Shown in pieces: positions 9,482 through 19,408 of a stretch of DNA of 64,000 nt. The position numbers were made by a program, and so were the translations under genes. This DNA is from Alphaproteobacteria bacterium (GTDB lineage Bacteria > Pseudomonadota > Alphaproteobacteria > GCA-2731375): contig CBDDBZ010000032.1 in NCBI GenBank assembly GCA_965225945.1, forward strand, positions 192,001 to 256,000, read 5' to 3'. The notes under the pieces were generated by a model. That model worked only from the letters and a program-made list of their open reading frames with translations, was not told where the DNA came from and ran no database searches. Numbering within the stretch: the first letter of the stretch is position 1; every line of letters begins with the position of its first letter.

Positions 9482-11403
9482 CTAGCGGAACTGAGCGCAG
9501 TCGTAGATATGAAAGCGCCTGACCGAGCGCCGCTCGGGACCGCCGCCGCGCGAAACTTCGTCGACCCGCGCCAACGGCGCGGTCCAGGTCCGATGTCGGA
9601 CATCGGCCAATTCCGCGTCCAACACCAACAGGTCGAGATCGGGAAGCTTCTGCAGGCATGGGCGAGCCGTTCACCCGGCTCGCCCTCCGCCATCCGGCGC
9701 GCCTCGGAGCGGCGGGGTCGACAGACCGAGACGCCCCGGAACTCCGCCAATTCCATGGCCGCGAGCACAGCGTGACGACGACCGTAGGCGATGGCCAGAT
9801 CACGATTGAAAATCGATGCACTGCCCTGCACGCAGGAGAGATAGCTGGCACGGCCGAGCGCGAACCAGAGAAAGGTGACACCGCTTTCCCAATAGACGCT
9901 CCGGCCCTCCGGCAGCAGGCGGCGGAGTTCCGCGTCGACCTCACGAGTCGCGTGGTAGCGCATCCAATCGCTGCGCCGATCGGCGATTCCCAGCGCCAGC
10001 GCGAGGACGACCACACCGCCCACGACGCTTGCGACACGCCGGCGGGGCGCCAGCACCGCGACCAGGAGGACGACGGCGGCCGGCGCCATGACCGTCATCT
10101 CGCGCACGAAGATGGTATCGAGGTCGAGCACCGGGGCGATGAAGAACAGGCTCCCAACCGTCCCCACCGCCGCCAGCGCGGATCCCACCACGCAGAGCGC
10201 GAGCAGCACCCGCGCCAGCATTCGGAGCCCCCCGCCCATCAGTCGCTCTCGGGCCAAAATCGCAAGTCCCGCCGCCGACAATGCCACGACGGTCATCACG
10301 CCGCCGACGTGGAAGAAGCGGTCGAGAAACCACACCAGCAGCGCGCCGAGGTAGAGCGCGAGAGTCCAGCGCTCGCCCTCCGAACTGCCCGACCAGAGGC
10401 CGAGCAGGATCCGCGCCGCGCTCAGGTTGGCGATGACCGTCAACAGCCAGACCGCCCGCCACGGCTGCGCGTTGATCACCAGCAGGTCCCGCAAGCCCTC
10501 GCCGAGAGCCCAGGAGGCCGCGAAGCCGCCGGCGACCACCCCCAGCAACACCGCGCCCAAGCGGCGCTCGTTGCCTGAGACGAAGCGGCGGGCCAGCAGG
10601 ACGAAAAGCGTCAGGGCGACGGGTCGGGCGTATTCGTCGAAGTTCCAATTGCCGACCAGCGCATAGGCGTCGCGATGCTCGACGACGGCGTACCAAGCCT
10701 CGTCCATGACCTCGAAAAGACGCGAGAAAGGCGCCACGCCCGCGAGCGCCAGGACGATCGGCAACGTCGCCGCCGCCGCCACCGCGAGCCACCAGCGCCA
10801 GCGCGCACGCCCGGGGCGGCTCGCCTCGAACAGCAGCGCCACCCCGGCGCCCGGCCAAGCGATCAAGGGATGGAGAACAAGCGCCGCCGCCAGGGCGAGA
10901 CCGGCGAGGAGACGGCGTCGCCCGAGCAAGAGGGCGAGGCCCAGCAACACCATCGCCTCGGCGAAGAGACGCGGCGTCGCATAGGGCTCGGCGTAAGCGA
11001 AGATCCGGTTGGCTCCGTATTCCCCCGGCAGCGCGGCGAGCGCCAGCAGCAGGATCCACCGCGCGCTCGGCGCGGCCACCATCACCCCTATCAGGGCGAG
11101 CGCGCCGATCAGCCACGAGGCCTGTCCCAGGACGTAGAGGGTGAAGGTGGCGCCCTCCAGGCCCAAGGCGGCGGCGAGGCTCCCGTAGAGCGCCGGAAAG
11201 ACCGTGAAACGCCCCTGAAAGCCGTGGGCGAAGAGAATATCGTCGTCGAGGAACCCCGGGTCGAGCCAACGCAACGCTTCCGCCGCGTAGAAGGGGCCGT
11301 CGTGATCGATCCCGAAATAGGGATGCCCGGCGAGCCAGATCGCCGCCAGCAGCACGGCGAACGTCAGCGTCCAAAGACCACCATCCCTGACGCTATCTCG
11401 CAT
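9482..11403 (-). CDS. multi-pass membrane protein (GT-C glycosyltransferase-like by inference); apparent 1-nt frameshift near 9648
   Basis: HPYFGIDHD...YAEPYATPR...HPL with many TM segments; alternative frame after ACR gives PDLDLLVLD...FHIYDCAQFR* (stop 9482-84). Confidence 0.7.
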
Positions 11404-11437
11404 GACGGCGTCCCGGCCGGCGTCGCCGCGCCCCGGG

Positions 11438-12592
11438 TCAGGCCTTGGCGAGGGCTTGGTCGAGGTCGGCGATGATGTCTTCCACGTCCTCGATGCCGAC
11501 GGAGAGGCGCACCAGCCCATCGGAGAGACCGCGGGTGTGGCGTTCCTCGGCCGGCACCTCGGCGTGCGTCATCGTCGCCGGATGGGTGATCATGGTCTCG
11601 ACCGCGCCCAGGCTCTCGGCGAGGCCGCAGAGCTCGACCCCGTTCATCACCGCCCGACCGGCGGGAAGGCCGCCCGTCAACTCGAACGAGATCATGCCGC
11701 TGTAGCCGGACATCTGGGCCTTGGCGATCTCGTGGCGCGGATGGGATTCGAGACCCGGATAGATCACGCTCGCCACCTTTGAATGGTCTTCCAGGTATTC
11801 CGCCACCTTCTGCGCGTTCTCGGCGTGCCGCGCCATGCGCAGATGCAGCGTCTTCACGCCCGCCAGCGTCAGCCAGCAGTCGAAGGGGCTCGGTACCGCG
11901 CCGATGGTCTTCTGCAGGAACTTGAACTCGTCGTGAATGTCCTCTCGGTCGGTCACCACCACGCCGCCGATGATCTGGTTGTGGCCGCTCAGATACTTGG
12001 TGGTGCTGTGCATCACGATGTCGGCGCCAAATTCCAGCGGGCGCAGGAACACCGGCGTCGCGAAGGTGCTGTCGACGGCGTAGATCAGGTCGTGCTCCTC
12101 GGCGATCACGGCCATCGCCTCCAGGTCGGTCACCTTCAGCAGCGGATTGGTCGGGGTCTCGATCCAGAGCATCTTGGTCTCCGGCCTGATGGCTTGGCGG
12201 ACGATGTCGGCATCCGAGGTGTCGACGTAAGTGAAGTTCATGCCGTAGCGCGGCGTGAGCACCCGATTGAAGTAGCGGGTGACGCCGCCATAGACGTCCT
12301 CGGAGCAGACCACGTGGTCGCCGCTGGAGAGAATCTGCAGGCAGGTGCTGATCGCCGCCATGCCACTGGCGTAGCAGACAGCGTACTTGCCGCCCTCGAT
12401 ATGGGCGAGGTTGCTTTCCAGCACCTGACGGGTCGGGTTGGTGGATCGGGTGTAATCGAAGCCCTTGTCGCGGCCGACTTCCTCGAGCACGTAGGTCGCG
12501 GTCTCGTAGATCGGCGGCACGATCGAGCCGGTGGTCGGATCGGGCTCGATACCTGCGCGCACGACGGTGGTGTCGAACTTCACGGGCGGCAT
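11438..12592 (-). CDS. cystathionine gamma-synthase/gamma-lyase family PLP enzyme
   Basis: YTRSTNPT, SGMAAI, IETPTNP, HSTTKYLSGH, AESLG, RLSVGIE; start ATG 12592 or GTG 12583. Confidence 0.93.
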   Translation of the reverse strand: MPPVKFDTTVVRAGIEPDPTTGSIVPPIYETATYVLEEVGRDKGFDYTRSTNPTRQVLESNLAHIEGGKYAVCYASGMAAISTCLQILSSGDHVVCSEDVYGGVTRYFNRVLTPRYGMNFTYVDTSDADIVRQAIRPETKMLWIETPTNPLLKVTDLEAMAVIAEEHDLIYAVDSTFATPVFLRPLEFGADIVMHSTTKYLSGHNQIIGGVVVTDREDIHDEFKFLQKTIGAVPSPFDCWLTLAGVKTLHLRMARHAENAQKVAEYLEDHSKVASVIYPGLESHPRHEIAKAQMSGYSGMISFELTGGLPAGRAVMNGVELCGLAESLGAVETMITHPATMTHAEVPAEERHTRGLSDGLVRLSVGIEDVEDIIADLDQALAKA

Positions 12593-12745
12593 TCCTTCTG
12601 CTGGGCGAGCACGGCGCCAACATAATGAAGCCGGCGGGAGATGTATATGATCGGCGCGCGCGCCTCGGTCGGACTCGGAGCGGTTTTCCGGCGCCGTTGC
12701 CGCGAGGTACTTTTCCCGGGGTCTCGAGCGCCCTATATCCCGGCC

Positions 12746-13252
12746 ATGAACGTCGCGCTTCCAAACCCTCGAGTCAGCGCCTGGCTGCTTCTGGCGGCAA
12801 GCGTCATGGCGCTCGCCGGCGCCTTCGCGGCACAGTACGGCCTCGATCTGGAGCCCTGTGTGCTCTGCATCTATCAGCGCTGGCCACATGCGGTGGTGAT
12901 CGCGCTGGCCGCCCTCGCGCTGGCGGCGCCAGACGGCCCGGCCCGGATCGGGCTACTGGGCCTGGCGGGACTGGCGCTGCTGCTCGGCGCGGGCGTCGCC
13001 GGATATCACGTCGGCGTCGAGCAGCATTGGTGGCGGGGAAGCCAGGCCTGCACGGCAAATATCGGCGGCGCGGCGAGCCTGGAAGAGTTGAAGGCCCAAA
13101 TCATGGCGGCGCCGATCGTTCGCTGCGACGAAATCGCCTGGTCGTTCCTGGGAGTCTCCATGGCGGGCTATAATTTCCTCCTCTCGATGGGCGCGGGCGG
13201 CTTCGCCCTGCTGGCGGCGGGACGGTTGGCGCGAACGCGGAGAGCGGCATGA
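12746..13252 (+). CDS. dsbB: disulfide bond formation protein B
   Basis: PCVLCIYQRWP, YHVGVE, second Cys pair, GVSMAGYN. Confidence 0.9.
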   Translation: MNVALPNPRVSAWLLLAASVMALAGAFAAQYGLDLEPCVLCIYQRWPHAVVIALAALALAAPDGPARIGLLGLAGLALLLGAGVAGYHVGVEQHWWRGSQACTANIGGAASLEELKAQIMAAPIVRCDEIAWSFLGVSMAGYNFLLSMGAGGFALLAAGRLARTRRAA

Positions 13253-13854
13253 GCAAGCCTTCGGGGCCCCGCCGGCGACGGCCGACGAGCGGCACCACGC
13301 CGCCGCCCCGACCGGCGGAGGCCCGCCTGCCGGGCGATCTCGCCGCCGAGGCGGAGCTCCACCGGATGATCCGGGTCGACCACGCGGGCGAATTCGGCGC
13401 CGCCCGGATCTACGATGGCCAACTGGCGATCCTCGGCGGCACCAAGGCCGGCGCGGCGATCGCCCTCATGGCGGCGGCCGAGCGGGAGCATCTGCGGACC
13501 TTCGAGGAGTTGGTGCTGGCCCAAGGCGTCCGCCCGACGGTGCTGTCGCCGCTTTGGCATCTCGCGGGCTTCGCGCTGGGCGCCGGCACGGCGTTGATGG
13601 GTCCGCGTCACGCCATGGCCTGCACCGAGGCGGTGGAGGAGGTGATCGACCAGCACTATCGCCGCCAGGTGGAGCGGCTGGGCGCGGCGGAGCCCGAACT
13701 GAGGCGGACGCTGGAGGCCTTTCGCGCCGACGAGCGGGGCCACCGCGACACCGCGATCGCCGAGGGCGCGCGCGAGGCGCCGGGCCACCGGCCGCTCACC
13801 CGCGCCGTCAAGGCCGGCACCCGCCTCGCCATCTGGCTCTCGGAACGGATCTGA
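13249..13854 (+). CDS. coq7: demethoxyubiquinone hydroxylase
   Basis: MIRVDHAGEFGAARIYDGQ, EREH, AMACTEAVE, DERGH di-iron motifs. Confidence 0.95.
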   Translation: MSKPSGPRRRRPTSGTTPPPRPAEARLPGDLAAEAELHRMIRVDHAGEFGAARIYDGQLAILGGTKAGAAIALMAAAEREHLRTFEELVLAQGVRPTVLSPLWHLAGFALGAGTALMGPRHAMACTEAVEEVIDQHYRRQVERLGAAEPELRRTLEAFRADERGHRDTAIAEGAREAPGHRPLTRAVKAGTRLAIWLSERI

Positions 13855-13904
13855 GGCGCCGCCGATCTTTGACCGCCCATCCGAGGCGCCGTAAGCTCGG
13901 CGCC

Positions 13905-14594
13905 ATGGCGAATGTCATGATCACCGGGGCGAGTCGGGGTCTCGGCCTCGAGTTCGCCCGCCAATACGCCGCCGACGGCTGGCGCGTTCTCGCCTGCTGT
14001 CGCGATCCGTCCGGCGCCGAAAGCCTCGCGAGCCTCGTCGAAGGGAGTGGCGGCGCCATCACCTCCCACCCGCTGGACGTCGACGACGATGCCTCGGTCG
14101 CCCGCTGCCGGGACGAAATCGACACAGCCATCGACGTCTTGCTCAACAACGCGGGCGTCATGGAGGGCCGTGACGCCGGCCTCGGCGACATGGACTACCC
14201 GGCCTTCGAGCGGTCGCTGCGAACCAACGTCTTGGGGCCGATGCGGGTGGCGGAGGCGTTCCACGATCTCGTCGCGCGGGGGGCTGAGCGGAAGCTCGTC
14301 ACCATATCGTCGCGCATGGGCTCGATCGAGGAGGCGGCGCCCAACGCCATCATCTACCGCACCAGCAAGGCGGCGGTGAACATGGTGGTACGCTGCATCT
14401 CGCAAATCCTGGAACGCGACGGCATCATCAGCGTCGTGCTCCACCCCGGTTGGGTCCGGACCGACATGGGCGGTCCCGCCGCCGCCCTTTCGCCCGAGGA
14501 GAGCGCCACTGCGCTTCGCCGCGTCGTCGCCGGCCTCGGCGCCGGCGACAACGGCGGCTTCTTCAACTACGACGGCACGCCCATCCCCTGGTGA
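13905..14594 (+). CDS. SDR oxidoreductase (CsgA/C-factor-like)
   Basis: TGASRGLGLE, NNAG, YRTSKAA, HPGWVRTDMGG. Confidence 0.92.
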   Translation: MANVMITGASRGLGLEFARQYAADGWRVLACCRDPSGAESLASLVEGSGGAITSHPLDVDDDASVARCRDEIDTAIDVLLNNAGVMEGRDAGLGDMDYPAFERSLRTNVLGPMRVAEAFHDLVARGAERKLVTISSRMGSIEEAAPNAIIYRTSKAAVNMVVRCISQILERDGIISVVLHPGWVRTDMGGPAAALSPEESATALRRVVAGLGAGDNGGFFNYDGTPIPW

Positions 14595-14604
14595 GGCGCC
14601 GCCG

Positions 14605-15225
14605 TCAATCGGGCCGGTCCATCGAGAAGACGCGCTCGACGGCCGAGTAATCCATGTAGCCGAGCCGGGCGATCGGGCGCATGGCCAAGACGTCGACCCG
14701 GCCGTCGACGATCAGCCGATCGTCGACGTGGATGCCGACGACCTGGCCCAGCACCATGTAGTTGCCGTGGCCCTCGCGATGGCTGGGGAGCGTCATCGTC
14801 TGCAAATACTTGCACTCCAGATGCGCCGGGCTTTCCTTCACCCGGGGCGGCGCCACCTTGACCGACGCGACGGCGGTGAGGCCGACCTCGGCCATCTCGT
14901 CGACGCTCCTCGGCATGTGGGCCGAGGTGGCGTTCATCGCCTCGCGCAAGTCCCAAGTCGAGAGGTTGCAGACGAATTCGCCGGTCTCCTGAACGTTGCG
15001 CAGCGAATCCTTGATCCCGCCGTCGGGGTGGCTGCCGTTGGGGCAGTACATCACGCAATGCGGCTCGTCGCAGACCGCGTTGAAATAGCTGAAGGGCGCC
15101 AGGTTGAGCGCGCCGGAGGACGCAATCGTGGTGACCCAGCCGATCGGCCGGGGCGCCACCAGGGCCTTGAAGGGATCGCGGGTCAGCGGCGCGGGCCGCG
15201 GGTCCACGTCGGGATCGATAAACAT
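14605..15225 (-). CDS. flavin reductase family protein
   Basis: PRPIGWVTT, NLAPFSYFN, KDSLRN, PIARLGYMDY. Confidence 0.92.
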   Translation of the reverse strand: MFIDPDVDPRPAPLTRDPFKALVAPRPIGWVTTIASSGALNLAPFSYFNAVCDEPHCVMYCPNGSHPDGGIKDSLRNVQETGEFVCNLSTWDLREAMNATSAHMPRSVDEMAEVGLTAVASVKVAPPRVKESPAHLECKYLQTMTLPSHREGHGNYMVLGQVVGIHVDDRLIVDGRVDVLAMRPIARLGYMDYSAVERVFSMDRPD

Positions 15226-15234
15226 GCGCGCTCC

Positions 15235-16149
15235 TCAGATCGGGTCCCAGTCGAAGTATTCGCCGGTGTCGTCGAGCGCCAGCAGGTCGTTGCGCAAGCT
15301 CGGCACCAGCATCGCCGCCAGGTCGGCGGGCGACCAGCCGTCGCCCTTGTGGAGGGTGCGGATGGGGCGCGGCTGGCTCATCAGATAGATCTCGTTGCCG
15401 CGCACGCCGAAGACCTGGCCGCTCACCCCCGCCGACGTATCGCTGGTGAGATAGACCACCATCGGCGCCATGTGCGCCGCCGTGGAGCCGACGCGGAACT
15501 TCTCGAAGGCTTTGGCCATCTCCTCGCTCTGCACGGGGATCGATTCGATCATCCGGGTCCAGGCGAAGGGTGCGACGCAGTTCGACCGAATGGCGTAACG
15601 CTTGCCCTCCAGCGCGATCACCCGGCTCAAGCCGACAATCCCCATCTTGGCGGCGGCGTAGTTGGCCTGGCCGATGTTGCCGTTGAGGCCGGAGGTCGAG
15701 GTGAAGTGGACGAAGGCGCCCGACGCCTGCTCGCGCATATGCGGCAAGGCCGCGCGGCTGGTGAAATAGCTGCCGTTCAGATGCACTTCGATGACGGCGC
15801 GCCATTCCGCCTCGGTCATCTTGTGCATCATCGAATCGCGCAGAATTCCCGCGATATTGACCACCGCGTCGATGCGGCCGAAGTCCGAGACCGCCTGGGC
15901 CACCATGCGTGTCGCGCCGTCGGCCTCGGCGACGCTGTCGGTATTGGCGCTCGCGCGCCCGCCCTCCGCCTCGATTTCGCCGACGACGTCGCCCGCCGGG
16001 CCCTCGTCCCGGCCCTCGCCGCCGAGCCCGGCGCCGAGATCGTTCACCACCACGCGCGCACCCTCGCGCGCCAGCAGCAGCGCCACCTCGCGCCCGATAC
16101 CCCGCCCGGCGCCGGTCACCAGCGCCACCTTGCCGTCCATCACGCCCAT
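15235..16149 (-). CDS. SDR oxidoreductase (3-hydroxyacyl-CoA dehydrogenase-like)
   Basis: TGAGRGIG, VVVNDLG, AGILRD, GQANYAAAK. Confidence 0.92.
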   Translation of the reverse strand: MGVMDGKVALVTGAGRGIGREVALLLAREGARVVVNDLGAGLGGEGRDEGPAGDVVGEIEAEGGRASANTDSVAEADGATRMVAQAVSDFGRIDAVVNIAGILRDSMMHKMTEAEWRAVIEVHLNGSYFTSRAALPHMREQASGAFVHFTSTSGLNGNIGQANYAAAKMGIVGLSRVIALEGKRYAIRSNCVAPFAWTRMIESIPVQSEEMAKAFEKFRVGSTAAHMAPMVVYLTSDTSAGVSGQVFGVRGNEIYLMSQPRPIRTLHKGDGWSPADLAAMLVPSLRNDLLALDDTGEYFDWDPI

Positions 16150-16252
16150 GTTTCCTCTCCCTGGTTCCGAAGCGTCGGCACGCTATCGCATTATCCGCCG
16201 ACGCGACACCAGGCAGCGACCAGCGGCCACCCCATGACCGCGCCGCCTTCCG

Positions 16253-16546
16253 TCATTCGAAACTCTCGGGCCAGAGACGGGCGCCGTGTATCACCGCGGC
16301 GACCTCGATCTCACGGCGCGAGCGGTGGAAGCGGTAGGCGACGGTGTAAGGCGTACCGGATATGACCAGTTCACGCGTGCCCACGGCCTTGCCGGGCCGC
16401 CCCATGTGAGGATGAACCCTCAGCTCTTCGAGCCGGTCTCTAATTCGGTCTCTAATTCGATAACCGGCATCCGGATTTCGTTCCGCGATATATTGGAAAA
16501 TGTCCCGCAGTTGGCGCTGGGCACGCGACGACCAAAAGACTCTCAT
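16253..16546 (-). CDS. RelE/ParE family toxin 1
   Basis: MRVFWSSRA, HPHMGRPG, GTRELVI, HGARLWP. Confidence 0.92.
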   Translation of the reverse strand: MRVFWSSRAQRQLRDIFQYIAERNPDAGYRIRDRIRDRLEELRVHPHMGRPGKAVGTRELVISGTPYTVAYRFHRSRREIEVAAVIHGARLWPESFE

Positions 16547-16794
16547 CAGGTACGGGCTTTTGCCGCGTCCAGGATCGCTGTCATTTCAGCCATCACCTCT
16601 TCATGCGAGACCCGATTGCCGCGATCGAGATCTTCCAACCCGGCGCGGACCTCGGCGAGCCACTCCCGCTCCTCTCGGAGGTAGCGCTCCAGGGCATCCG
16701 TGACGACCCAAGTCCGCGAGCGGTCGACGGCGCTGGCGATCTCGTCGACCTCGGCCGCGACTTCATCACTAACCCTGACGGTGATGGACGGCAT
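16546..16794 (-). CDS. CopG/RHH antitoxin 1
   Basis: MPSITVRV...DRSRTWVV..AL..YL; TGATG overlap with toxin. Confidence 0.9.
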   Translation of the reverse strand: MPSITVRVSDEVAAEVDEIASAVDRSRTWVVTDALERYLREEREWLAEVRAGLEDLDRGNRVSHEEVMAEMTAILDAAKART

Positions 16795-16860
16795 GAGACA
16801 ATCCCTCGAAATCATCGTAAGACAACGAAAGCATAGCATTTCTCATGGGCTCCGGCACGA

Positions 16861-17154
16861 TTATTCGAAGCTCTCCGGCCAGAGACGGGCGCCGTGGACG
16901 ACGGCGAGAATTTGGATCTTCGGCGAGGTAGCCTCGATTCGATAAGCGATGATGAAAGGCTCGCCTGGCACGACGAGTTCCCTTGTACCGGCGATACGGC
17001 CCGGTCGGCCCCTATTCGGATGGTCCGTCAAATCGGCCGCGCGCTGGCGGATATCCTCATGAATCCTTCGCGCGGCGCGAGGATCATGATCATGGATGTA
17101 TTGGTAGATCCCTTCGAGATTTCGAAGCGCGCGATCGGACCAATCTATCCTCAC
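16861..17154 (-). CDS. RelE/ParE family toxin 2
   Basis: MRIDWSDRA, HPNRGRPG, GTRELVV, HGARLWP. Confidence 0.92.
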   Translation of the reverse strand: MRIDWSDRALRNLEGIYQYIHDHDPRAARRIHEDIRQRAADLTDHPNRGRPGRIAGTRELVVPGEPFIIAYRIEATSPKIQILAVVHGARLWPESFE

Positions 17155-17157
17155 CGC

Positions 17158-17409
17158 TCATTCGGCCTTCGCGTCGAGCGCGTTCAAATGAGCCTCGAGC
17201 CGTGCCATGGCCTCATCGTGGGGAATGCCTTCACCCCGGTCGTGATCGGCGATGCCGGCGCGGATTTCGTCGATCCAGTGTTTCTCGTCTCGTAGGTAGC
17301 GCCTCAACGCGGTCCCGGCGATCCAGGATCGCGAACGATCCATGATGCCCGCCAGTTCGTCGACCTCTTTCGCGGTATCCTCGTCGAGACGAATGGTGAT
17401 TGATGGCAT
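17158..17409 (-). CDS. CopG/RHH antitoxin 2
   Basis: MPSITIRL...DRSRSWIA..AL..YL. Confidence 0.9.
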   Translation of the reverse strand: MPSITIRLDEDTAKEVDELAGIMDRSRSWIAGTALRRYLRDEKHWIDEIRAGIADHDRGEGIPHDEAMARLEAHLNALDAKAE

Positions 17410-17528
17410 GGCGGCGTCCGTTTTCATTTGAATCAGATGATTTCAATAATGTCGTACAATATTCGTTCTCCCGCCAACCGTCAAAGACTGGCGCCCGATC
17501 GCGCGACTCGGGCACCTTTCTTCGACCG

Positions 17529-19028
17529 TTAGCGCGCCGCGCCGACGCCCGTCCGCGCGTTGAAGTCGTCGATCAGCTCGTCCCACAGCGAGGGGTAGGC
17601 CAGGAGATCACGCCAGAAATCAGGCGCACGGCGGGCATCGAAATCGGCTTGGCGGACACCCTGCTGCTCGACCCAGGTGTAGTAGCCGAGGTTGAAGATC
17701 CGCTCCCGCCCGGTTCGGTCCAGTTCCTCCAGATGGTCGACACCGATGTCGGCGAGGTGGCGGGCGAAAACGGCGCCCGCCGCCATCTCGTCGAAGCCGT
17801 CGGGGAAACAGCGCTGGATCGTGCGCGCCCGTTCGCTGTCGTAGAGCTCGGCCCCGTCGGTCGCCACGGTGAGAATTGCGTCGTCGGCGCCGAGGTCGAG
17901 CCGCTTGGCGAGCTTGATCGACGCCACCACGTTGCAGATGCTCGACAATCCGAGGTGCGACAGGCGCGCCACCCCTTCGGGATCGAGGCCCCGGCGCGCC
18001 ACCAGATGGCGGCGGCCGATATCGCTGTTGAAAAGGACGTTCAGGCTGTCGGTCGCGCGGTCGGAGACGGCGATCACCGCGTCCATGTTCATCACGTTCT
18101 GAATCAGCGGGATGTGCTTGTCGCCGATCCCCTGGATGTTGTGCGCGCCATAGCCGTTGTAGAGCATGGTCGGACATTCGAGCGCCTCGACCGCGGCGAT
18201 CCGGGCACCGTGCCGGGCCTTCAGATAGTCGCCCGCCGCGAGCGTGCCGGCCGAACCGGTCGCGGCGACGAAGGCGGCGAGGCGCAACGCGGGCTGGCTT
18301 TCGCGCCGCTGCTCGAAGACCCGCTCCAGCGCGCGGCCGGTCACGAAATGGTGCGCGACGTAGTTCCCAAATTCGGCGAACTGGTTCAGGATGACGGCGT
18401 CGGGCAGCGCCGCGAGCTCGGCGCAGGCGTCGTAGATTTCCTTGACGTTGCTCTCGGAACCCGGCGTGCGGTGGATGTCGTCGGGCGAGCCGACCCAGGC
18501 CTCGAGCCAGCGGAAGCGCTCGGCGCTCATCTCTTCCGGCAGGACCGCGACGCTCCTGCAGCCGATGATCCGCGAGATCGCGACCCCACCCCGGCAGTAG
18601 TTGCCGGTGGACGGCCAGACGGCGCGATGGCGGCCCGGATCGAAGCGGCCGGTGACGATGCGGGGCACCAGGCAGGCCATTGCCGCCAGCACCTTGTGCG
18701 CGCCGATCAAGGGAAAACGATCGCCGAGCACGACGAGGATCTTTGCCGCCACGCCGCTCAAGGCCTCGGGCAAGAGCAGATGCATCGGCACCGCGACTAG
18801 GCCACGGCGATCCGGACCGTTGTGCCAGGTGACGCGAAAGAGATTGCGAGGATCGGCCTCGTCCGGCCCGACGCCTCGGAGCCCCGCTGGAATCGCTTCG
18901 GGCATGGTGGCTGGATCGGCCAGTTCGGAGAACCTGGGCAGCCGCACGCCCGCGTCGCGCAATCGGGCGACCGCTCGGTCGCGCGTCTCGACGTCGACCA
19001 CGTCGCGTTCGAGCGTCGATTGGCTCAC
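17529..19028 (-). CDS. PLP-dependent beta-family enzyme (cysteine synthase-like, extended)
   Basis: [33 protein letters not shown]. Confidence 0.85.
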   Translation of the reverse strand: MSQSTLERDVVDVETRDRAVARLRDAGVRLPRFSELADPATMPEAIPAGLRGVGPDEADPRNLFRVTWHNGPDRRGLVAVPMHLLLPEALSGVAAKILVVLGDRFPLIGAHKVLAAMACLVPRIVTGRFDPGRHRAVWPSTGNYCRGGVAISRIIGCRSVAVLPEEMSAERFRWLEAWVGSPDDIHRTPGSESNVKEIYDACAELAALPDAVILNQFAEFGNYVAHHFVTGRALERVFEQRRESQPALRLAAFVAATGSAGTLAAGDYLKARHGARIAAVEALECPTMLYNGYGAHNIQGIGDKHIPLIQNVMNMDAVIAVSDRATDSLNVLFNSDIGRRHLVARRGLDPEGVARLSHLGLSSICNVVASIKLAKRLDLGADDAILTVATDGAELYDSERARTIQRCFPDGFDEMAAGAVFARHLADIGVDHLEELDRTGRERIFNLGYYTWVEQQGVRQADFDARRAPDFWRDLLAYPSLWDELIDDFNARTGVGAAR

Positions 19029-19148
19029 CGTCGGTCCTTCCCGCGCGCTTTCAGGGCCCGCCGGTCCCGGCCTGCCTCGACACGGCGAGGCGCGAGCGCT
19101 CCGGCGCCGAGCGATGCCCTCGGTGGATCCATGCCGGTGCGTGGTCGA

Positions 19149-19235
19149 TGGTGCGAGCGGTGAGACTCGAACTCACACTCCCTTACAGGAAATGGCTTTT
19201 GAGGCCATCGCGTCTACCGATTCCGCCACGCTCGC
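19149..19235 (-). tRNA. tRNA-Leu(CAA)
   Basis: Revcomp GCGAGCG acceptor stem, ATGGC-CT CAA AA-GCCAT anticodon arm, long variable arm, GTTCGAG T-loop, CCA end. Confidence 0.97.
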
Positions 19236-19408
19236 CCCGACCGCCACCTGAATAGACGACGGCGCCGGGCAAGGCAACCGCGCGTCCAGGGCGGCGCCGG
19301 CCGGCGAGCGCGAGACGCCTCGTCGAGATGGTGAAAACTCGACTGGCGGCGCCTTCCCGGCGCCCGTAACATCGTTTCCGTCAGGCCGAACCGGGCGGGA
19401 GGAAGCGC

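Noticed and set aside
19149-19235. tRNA-Leu as an island integration site
   Set aside because: I found no duplicated tRNA 3' end and no integrase nearby.
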